A stretch of 32,000 nt of DNA from a bacterium (GTDB lineage Bacteria > UBP7 > UBA6624 > JBBIMK01), in assembly GCA_037444445.1 (NCBI GenBank), contig JBBIMK010000005.1:60001-92000 (forward strand). Direction: 5' to 3'. This document shows, one piece after another, positions 25,332 through 32,000 of the stretch. The notes beneath the pieces are model-generated. The model was not told the DNA's origin and searched no databases. It was given only the letters and a program-made list of their open reading frames with translations. A program made the translations under genes and the position numbers. Numbering within the stretch: the first letter of the stretch is position 1; the number at the start of each line of letters is the position of its first letter.

Positions 25332-26472
25332 CTCGTTTAAGGGCACCCTGTGGGCCTGGGAAGTCAGCCAGGTTGTGGAAGAGGGATTGAGAGATAGCGG
25401 GCTTGACTGCCGCGTGGAGAAACTGCCCATCGCTGACGGAGGAGAAGGAACGGCGGAAGTGCTGAGAAGGGCGTGGGGAGGAATACGGATGACCTCTCAA
25501 GTCAAAGGCCCTCTATACGAGAGAGTGGAAGCATCGTGGGGTCTGAGCCCGGATAGAAAAACGGCCGTCCTGGATATGGCTTCCGCTTCCGGGCTCACTC
25601 TCGTTCCACTGGAACGCAGAAATCCCCTGCTCACGACCACTTATGGAACTGGAGAATTGATTCGGAATGCAATTCAATCGGGAGTGGAAGAGATTTTAGT
25701 GGGAATAGGAGGGAGTGCCACCGTAGATGGGGGTTTGGGCGCTCTCCGGGCACTGGGAGTAAAACTCTACGATGAACAGCGAAATCTTCTGGAGGGGCGA
25801 GGGCAGGACCTGCTTCGTCTCTCCGCGGTGGATGCGGAGGAAGCGGAAGCCATCGTGAGTTCCACCCGGATTGTGGCCATGGTGGATGTCCGGAACCCAC
25901 TGTGCGGCCCGGAAGGGGCGGCTCGGGTCTACGGTCCCCAAAAAGGAGCCTCTCCTGAGGTGGTTGCCCTGCTGGAAGAGGGTCTGGAGAAGTGGGCAGA
26001 ACGGATAGAAGTGGAGCGAGGGATAAGCGTGAAGAACCTGCCCGGAGCGGGTGCGGCCGGTGGATTGCCTGCCGCTCTCGTTGCCTATCTCAATGCAGAA
26101 ATCTGCGCCGGTGCTCCTTTCGTCTTGAAGCGTCTCCAGTTTGATGAAAAAGTAACCGGGAAGGACCTTCTGATTACGGGTGAAGGAATGGTGGATTCTA
26201 AAACTCTGTATGGAAAAGCACCCTACGAAGCCCTCCGAAGGGCAAAACAAAAGGGCATTCCGGTGGTTCTGCTGGCCGGTTCTCTGGGACCAGGCGCAGA
26301 GGAAGTCTACCGGCATGGTGCGGACCTAATCCTCGCTTCGTTCTATGGCAAAACGCCCTTCCAGGGGACCGAACAAGAAGCCCGAGAAAATCTCTACTTT
26401 CTGTCTTACTCTCTGGGTAAGTCATTCGTTCTGGGAAGGAGGCTTCCATCTTATGCCCAGGCCTCTTCGTAA
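25309..26472 (+). CDS. glycerate kinase
   Basis: MEILLAPDSFKGTL...LPIADGGEGT...GIGGSATVDGG...LITGEG is collinear with the GlxK/GarK family. A GGAGGG RBS lies upstream. Confidence 0.9.
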   Translation: MEILLAPDSFKGTLWAWEVSQVVEEGLRDSGLDCRVEKLPIADGGEGTAEVLRRAWGGIRMTSQVKGPLYERVEASWGLSPDRKTAVLDMASASGLTLVPLERRNPLLTTTYGTGELIRNAIQSGVEEILVGIGGSATVDGGLGALRALGVKLYDEQRNLLEGRGQDLLRLSAVDAEEAEAIVSSTRIVAMVDVRNPLCGPEGAARVYGPQKGASPEVVALLEEGLEKWAERIEVERGISVKNLPGAGAAGGLPAALVAYLNAEICAGAPFVLKRLQFDEKVTGKDLLITGEGMVDSKTLYGKAPYEALRRAKQKGIPVVLLAGSLGPGAEEVYRHGADLILASFYGKTPFQGTEQEARENLYFLSYSLGKSFVLGRRLPSYAQASS

Positions 26473-29413
26473 AACTTTCTTCAGCAATCTGGATGCACTG
26501 AAGGAAATCCTGGGTAAGGAAAGCCCTTTAAGTCTCAAGGAAATTATCTCCCGGATCCAGAAAAAATATCTGCTGGATGAAAGTCAGGAGGTGATTAAGA
26601 GTGATTTCGTTCTCCCCGTGCTGAAGAAGCAGGATTACTTTACCTGTGTAGAAGATGAAACAGAAGATGGAAAATGGTCTCTGGAGTATAAAAAACTTCC
26701 GGAGCATCAATGCGCCCTAAAAATCCTTCGTGCAGAAGGAAAGGTCATTCCGTCCAGGGTCTTGAGAGAAAGAATTGCTGAAAGTCTTCGCCTGCCGTTG
26801 AAGCGAGTTTTTTTCTTTCCTGAAAAAGACCCGGAGACATTCAAGAAATTTTCCTTCCCGCTGAAGGTGGAAGAGGGAGAGTGCTGGGTTCCCAGGGACT
26901 GGCGGCTCATCAACGACGAAGCGGTGGAGATTCTGAGAAGGGAAAAGACCCCGCTGAATACCCGGGAAATAGAGGAAAAGGTGCGTGCCCACTATAAACT
27001 GGCTGAGCCGGTTCTCATCTTTGAACCCCGATGGGATGACCGATTTGAGGCGCACAAGAGAAAATGGGTTCTTCGGGAAGAGCGAGAGGAGGTGATAGAG
27101 AAAAAGGCTACTTCCTGGGTTGTGGAAGTCACCCTGAAAGAAAAGGTCATTCAGGCGCTGGAGGAAATTCTTGAGAAAATGAAGCACCGCTCTCAGCCTT
27201 TCTCCCTCAATGATTTAACTCAGTCTTTACTCGGGAAAGAAGCCCAGGGTGTGAAAGATACCCTGTATTTTTCACTTCTGAGAGAATGCCTTCAAGCGAA
27301 AGAAGCCCGGGGCGAACTGGTCCGGGTCAGAGGGCATCGGGAAACCTTCTCGCTTCGTGCTGCCTGGCGGTTGTCGGAAGACATTCCTTCCGCCGTGTTT
27401 ACCCTGCCGATACGAGAGGAGCCTTTTGAGCCGAAACCTTTTGAAATCTTGAGCGATAGGGGTTTGGACCCCGAAATGGTTGCTATCCTAAAAAACCCAT
27501 ACGATTATTTTTACGACGGCGATTATGAGGAGCACCAATTCCCTCCCTCCGGTTTCTGCATCTTCATCACTTATCATGAAATGCTCACGGGAATCGTTGC
27601 TCTTTCAGCCCCTGGAAAAGCCTTTCTAAAAAAGGAATTGGGCTTATTCTTTGAGGGTTCTTCGGGGGAGAGACCCCACTCACCCGAAACCGGTCCCGTG
27701 GCAGAACTGGAGGTGCGTATTCCCGACGGGACAAACCTCAACATTTTTATCCACCTGGGCACGGGGTTGGTCTTCGGCCTGGAAGATTTTATCAGCCGTT
27801 ACTCCGAGCCCGGGGCCTGCTATCGCGTGGAAGTCACAGGCCCTTACCAGTTATCTCTGACACCGGAAGTTACACCCAGTCTATCCGAAATCTCCATCAT
27901 CACTGGAGAAGAAATTGAGCGGCTGGATGAAATGATTCCACGACTACCGGAACTTTCTTTATTCCAGGTGATGGTGGAGATTCTGTCCCAGTACAAAGAG
28001 GGTTTGACCGTGATGGACCTGTACCATCGGGTGCAGTATCTACGGCGAACCAGCCGACGCCACCTTTTCAGCCTCCTGTGCCAGCACTATGCTTTCCAGA
28101 AGAAGGACCAGAAATGGAAAATTATGCCTGAACGAGTTGCCTGGGAGAAGAGGAAATCCCTTCTGGTTCATGCCCGGGAATTTCTCGCCAGCCAGTCTTT
28201 TTCCTTTTCCTTCGCGGGTCCGAAAATCCCACTTCGGGAAAAAGAAGATGGGTGGACGCTTACGCTGAGAGGAATCAAAATCCTGCCCCGACCCCGGGAT
28301 TACATCCTCCTGTTTTCCCGACATGATGAGGCTTATGTGGGAAGTTTCTTTGCTTCCTCCGTTCATCGCATCAACGACGCAGAAGTCATCATAGAGACCC
28401 CTGCGCTGGAGTTGTGGGAAGTGAAAGTCCCCCTGGAGAAGGGCTGGAAAGTGGGATTGGAACGAACTTCTCTGTATCCTCTCCGCACCACCATGCTTTC
28501 AAAACTGCTGGAAACTTTTGACCGTCTTTCCTATGCTTACTGGGTGAAGAAAACCCTGACACGTTCCTTTCGTTTCGTGGAGATGACCCCGGCGCTCACG
28601 CAGAAATCTAAAGATGAAATCCAGGAATTGAAAGGGTATCTGGAAGAGGAACAAAGCCCGTTTCTTGCCCTGAAAGGGATTTCCTGGCAACTTCAGATGA
28701 CGCCAACTTATGAGGAGTTTAACAAAATTCTGGAGGAAAAACATTATTCTCGTGGAGAACGAACCCGTCTGAAACCCTGGGAAATGCAAGAGGCTGTATT
28801 GAGTCTTGAACTTTCTTTCCCTCAGCGTCTTCTCTTCTTCCCTCTGGGGGAGGGAGAGTGGGCCCTGTCCATTCTGGAGGACTTTAAAAAGCAACTGATA
28901 GAAGGGGGCTACGGTGTAGAGGAAGAGGGAGTGAAATTCTTCCTGTCAGGGCAGGAAGAGATTCTGCCCTGGGAAAAGATAGTCTCGGACCGGCGGAGAG
29001 TGGAAAAAATTCGCATGCGAGAAGACGACTTGAATACGGATGAAGCGTTGAATGCTTTACTGGAGCGATATACTCTGGGGGTGGAACCTCGCCGTTCCCT
29101 TTTCCTGATTGCCAGCCTAAGCCTCCGATTCAAGGGCTTCGGCAGCCTTCCGTTGATGAACAAACGGGTGGAAGATTTCCTGCGGGATTCTCCCGGGCCG
29201 GATGAACTGGAAAGGAATGGCTTTGACCGCATAATCGGCGACCTGCGCAATCTATCGCATAAAGAGGTTCGGAATATCCTCACAGGCATACCTTCCTTTC
29301 TTCGTGCCGGTGGGCTTGCGTCCTTCTTCATCCACACAGATGTTAAAGGGCTGGCGGTGGATTCTGAAAAGGTTTTATCCGACGCCGTGAAACTGGTCTT
29401 CCTCCGACGATGA
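26453..29413 (+). CDS. 986-aa orphan protein with several HARE-HTH-like winged-helix modules, function unknown
   Basis: I chose the ATG at 26453, which lies 10 nt after GGAAGGAGG. It overlaps the glycerate kinase end by 20 nt. I see no Walker A or other catalytic motif. A recurring module is described in the findings. Confidence 0.8.
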   Translation: MPRPLRKTFFSNLDALKEILGKESPLSLKEIISRIQKKYLLDESQEVIKSDFVLPVLKKQDYFTCVEDETEDGKWSLEYKKLPEHQCALKILRAEGKVIPSRVLRERIAESLRLPLKRVFFFPEKDPETFKKFSFPLKVEEGECWVPRDWRLINDEAVEILRREKTPLNTREIEEKVRAHYKLAEPVLIFEPRWDDRFEAHKRKWVLREEREEVIEKKATSWVVEVTLKEKVIQALEEILEKMKHRSQPFSLNDLTQSLLGKEAQGVKDTLYFSLLRECLQAKEARGELVRVRGHRETFSLRAAWRLSEDIPSAVFTLPIREEPFEPKPFEILSDRGLDPEMVAILKNPYDYFYDGDYEEHQFPPSGFCIFITYHEMLTGIVALSAPGKAFLKKELGLFFEGSSGERPHSPETGPVAELEVRIPDGTNLNIFIHLGTGLVFGLEDFISRYSEPGACYRVEVTGPYQLSLTPEVTPSLSEISIITGEEIERLDEMIPRLPELSLFQVMVEILSQYKEGLTVMDLYHRVQYLRRTSRRHLFSLLCQHYAFQKKDQKWKIMPERVAWEKRKSLLVHAREFLASQSFSFSFAGPKIPLREKEDGWTLTLRGIKILPRPRDYILLFSRHDEAYVGSFFASSVHRINDAEVIIETPALELWEVKVPLEKGWKVGLERTSLYPLRTTMLSKLLETFDRLSYAYWVKKTLTRSFRFVEMTPALTQKSKDEIQELKGYLEEEQSPFLALKGISWQLQMTPTYEEFNKILEEKHYSRGERTRLKPWEMQEAVLSLELSFPQRLLFFPLGEGEWALSILEDFKKQLIEGGYGVEEEGVKFFLSGQEEILPWEKIVSDRRRVEKIRMREDDLNTDEALNALLERYTLGVEPRRSLFLIASLSLRFKGFGSLPLMNKRVEDFLRDSPGPDELERNGFDRIIGDLRNLSHKEVRNILTGIPSFLRAGGLASFFIHTDVKGLAVDSEKVLSDAVKLVFLRR

Positions 29414-32000
29414 ATCTCTCCCTTTTTCTGATTGTGCTTCTTCTTCTGGTGGCTGTGGGAGTAGGCGGCTTCTGGGCTCATCGCAGGCAAATTCGTCGTT
29501 TGAAGTCTTACTTCCGTTCCAGCCTTTTGAACCTGCAAGAAGGGAAGCCCATCCCGGAAGAGCCTCTCCTGAAAGAGATTCAACCCACCCTGCTCCAATT
29601 ATTCCAGCAAAGCCAGGAACTGGCACAAAACCAACAGAATTTGGAAAGAAAGAACGCTCATCTCCAGGCAAACCAGTTATTTCTGAGGACTCTCCTGGAA
29701 CTCATGAACTGGCAGGGTCCCAGAGCTGAACTTCAGGAGACCCTTGTGCACCTTCTGCTGGATGTTCTTCAAGTGGAGCAAGTGCTGTTCTTTGACTATG
29801 TTCCAAGTATAAAAGGTTTTCATTTTGCATGCCAGGCGGGAAAACCTGGCGTCGTGCCACCTTCTCTTCAATTAAGCCCGGATGAACATCCCTTCTTCCT
29901 GCGGAGAATTTTTACATCCCGAGCCTCCATCGCGCTTCAGCCAGATGACCCTGAAGCGGGTTTCCTTTTATCAGCAGTGAAAACAAATCGGGGGTTCTTG
30001 AGCCTGCTCCGACGGGAAGGCTCCCTCTACGGGCTCCTGCTCATCACTATTACCGCAGAGGATTCTGCTACCCTTCAGAAAATCCAGGAAATGTTTGACG
30101 ACTATACGAAAATCATTACACTCCTGCTGGAAAATCATGCAGTGCGGGAGGAAAGTCAGAGGCATATTAAGGACCTGGAACTGGTTCATCAGATTAATCT
30201 GCAAATCAGTTCCATTCTGGAATTTTCGAATATCCTCACAACCTCAGTTGAACAGGTAGCCCGGGCTCTGGAATCCGATGTGGCTATGATTGAATTAGTG
30301 GAAAACGATGAAATCCATCTCAGGGCTTCTTCAGGAATTTCCCTGGAAGAAGTGAAAGGGATGTCTCGGATGAAAATCGGCGAGAGTTTGTCGGGATGGG
30401 TAGCGGCGGCAGGAACTCCCCTGGCGGTAGAGAACATTGAACTGGACCCCCGGTTCAAATTCAAAGGACAAGCCCGGGCCCTGGGCCTCACTTCCTACTG
30501 TGGTGTGCCGCTGATTATTACGGGAAAACTGATTGGTGTTCTTTCCGTTCTAAACCGGCAACCCCGAATCTATTCGCCCCGAGAAATTGACCTTCTAAAT
30601 ACCATCGCTGGCTCCCTGGGTGTGTTCTTAGAGCAGGCGACTCTCTACCAGCAGCTGCAGGATAAACTCCAGGAATTGGAAAGCGTTCACCAACAACTGA
30701 AAGCCCATGATAAAGAAATCCTTCATCTCAACCAGCAGTTGCAAGCCCTCCAACAATTCCAGCAGGAACTGGTCCACTCTCTCCCCCGGGCACTACTCAA
30801 TCCCTTAACTATCATCAAAGGAACCGCTTCCATCTTCCAGACTGGCTTACAACAGACAGAGAAAGAGAAGGAGATTTTTTTCACCTTTCTGAATACACAG
30901 GTAGATGCTATGGTGGATTTCCTATCTCAACTCTCCGACTTTCTTCTGATTCAATCCGGTCAATTTGCTTTGTATCCAGAAACCCAATCATTAAAGGCTT
31001 TTCTTGAAACTCTTTTCGTGCCGTATCACGCTCTGGGGCAGGCAAAATTTAACACTTTTCAAACGCAAATCTTCGCAGAAGGAGAACAAGCGGTATTTGA
31101 CCCTCGGCGTCTTCGTCTTATCTTCCGAGGCGTCCTTGGAAGAGCGTTTAGTAAGTCTAAAACTGGTGACACCATCTTTTTGCAAGCCCGCGCTGGACCC
31201 CTGGAAAAACTTCCATTCTCGCCACCCGTAAAACTATCTCCGGGAGAGTATTTATGGGTTACACTTCAGATGATTTCCGCAGAAGGGGTTCACAGAAAAC
31301 CCTCGGAAGTGTTTGACACTCTAACGAAAGAGATTGAACCCATTCCCGGCAAGCCGGAAGCATTCGCCCGGGGATTTGAGGATTTCTTGACGCGGTATTT
31401 CATCTCTGCTCATGGTGGAACCTTATGGGTGGAAGATGGAAAGATAGATGAACCGAAAATCCATTTCACTGTTTCCATTTCCCCTACCCCTTATATCACG
31501 ACTGCGGAGAAAGGGTTGGTTCCTTACACCCGCCCACTCGGTATCCGTTCCATCCTCCTTTTCCAGAAAGGATGGGATATTCAGCCCTGGCTGACCCTTC
31601 TCCAGAAGCATGTTCCATCCATTCTACGGGCAGAAAATTCTATGGAAGCACAAGAGATTTTAAAAAAAGAGGAGCCCGATTGCTTGTTTGTTCCCGCAGC
31701 TATTTCGGGCGATATACTTCATCTCCAGGAGGAAATCGTAAAGGGGAGTGGAGTTTCACAGAGTGTGCCCTGTGTCGTGGCTCCCCGGGACCCTCCCACG
31801 ACTCCCGCTTCTACCCCACTCTATCTCCTCGTCTTGCATACTCTACGGGATAGATTTCATCCGCAGCCCGCACACTGGGAAATCGTGTATATAGATACGC
31901 TGGAGGCTCTGCGGAAGGCGACACAAATGGAGATGAAATATCATTCTATATGCCTGTTTGATTTTCCTCTGTTGACGGAAGTATATGAAACACTGGTGAA
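29410..32000 (+). CDS. membrane-anchored double-GAF protein with degenerate histidine-kinase and receiver-like domains (3' end outside the window)
   Basis: This ORF is not in the supplied track because it has no stop within the window. I translated frame 1 from the ATG at 29410, which overlaps the upstream TGA (ATGA), through base 32000 without meeting a stop. The order is MNLSLFLIVLLLLVAVGVGGFW (TM), a coiled coil, two GAF-like regions (the second contains GESLSGWVAAAGTPLAVENIELDPRF...SYCGVPLIITGKLIGVLSV), another coiled coil, then the DHp-like VHSLPRALLNPLTIIKG. Confidence 0.8.
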   Translation, partial: MNLSLFLIVLLLLVAVGVGGFWAHRRQIRRLKSYFRSSLLNLQEGKPIPEEPLLKEIQPTLLQLFQQSQELAQNQQNLERKNAHLQANQLFLRTLLELMNWQGPRAELQETLVHLLLDVLQVEQVLFFDYVPSIKGFHFACQAGKPGVVPPSLQLSPDEHPFFLRRIFTSRASIALQPDDPEAGFLLSAVKTNRGFLSLLRREGSLYGLLLITITAEDSATLQKIQEMFDDYTKIITLLLENHAVREESQRHIKDLELVHQINLQISSILEFSNILTTSVEQVARALESDVAMIELVENDEIHLRASSGISLEEVKGMSRMKIGESLSGWVAAAGTPLAVENIELDPRFKFKGQARALGLTSYCGVPLIITGKLIGVLSVLNRQPRIYSPREIDLLNTIAGSLGVFLEQATLYQQLQDKLQELESVHQQLKAHDKEILHLNQQLQALQQFQQELVHSLPRALLNPLTIIKGTASIFQTGLQQTEKEKEIFFTFLNTQVDAMVDFLSQLSDFLLIQSGQFALYPETQSLKAFLETLFVPYHALGQAKFNTFQTQIFAEGEQAVFDPRRLRLIFRGVLGRAFSKSKTGDTIFLQARAGPLEKLPFSPPVKLSPGEYLWVTLQMISAEGVHRKPSEVFDTLTKEIEPIPGKPEAFARGFEDFLTRYFISAHGGTLWVEDGKIDEPKIHFTVSISPTPYITTAEKGLVPYTRPLGIRSILLFQKGWDIQPWLTLLQKHVPSILRAENSMEAQEILKKEEPDCLFVPAAISGDILHLQEEIVKGSGVSQSVPCVVAPRDPPTTPASTPLYLLVLHTLRDRFHPQPAHWEIVYIDTLEALRKATQMEMKYHSICLFDFPLLTEVYETLV

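Noticed and set aside
25696-26316. 206-aa minus-strand ORF
   Set aside because: It is antisense to the well-supported glycerate kinase gene and has no recognisable motif.
28909-29598. 229-aa minus-strand ORF
   Set aside because: It is antisense across the junction of the 986-aa gene and the GAF protein gene. It is basic and S/R-rich, as is typical of antisense frames, and has no RBS context.

Overview
The window is a gene-dense chromosomal segment with about 27 CDS and one tRNA. It is probably from a diderm bacterium, because a Kdo transferase gene (waaA) is present. I saw no transposase, integrase, CRISPR array or rRNA. The first half is mostly housekeeping. On the plus strand there is waaA, a DegT-type aminotransferase, PilZ, glyA and folK. 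On the minus strand there is a GAF/PAS hybrid histidine kinase, alr, nnr and a ridA-gltX-xdhC-BNR propeller operon. These are followed by an MFS transporter, a CPBP-like gene, a YHS protein and an IDH3-like dehydrogenase.

The second half is the unusual part.

(1) Three adjacent genes encode exported repeat proteins. One is a 32-residue alpha-helical repeat protein, one is a beta-solenoid-like protein with 13 G(N/D)DxY motifs, and one has six EF-hands.

(2) Downstream of tRNA-Pro(CGG) there is a long, tightly coupled plus-strand gene string. It reads: secreted protein, LytM/M23 peptidase, bactofilin, small membrane protein, glycerate kinase, a 986-aa orphan protein, then a membrane-anchored double-GAF protein. 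The 986-aa protein appears to be built from several HARE-HTH-like winged-helix modules. In the double-GAF protein both the kinase domain and the receiver domain look catalytically degenerate, and the gene runs off the window.

I regard the 986-aa protein plus the pseudo-kinase, possibly acting with the bactofilin/M23 module, as the best candidate for an undescribed system. The exported repeat/EF-hand trio is second. All domain calls come from reading motifs in the translations. No searches were run.
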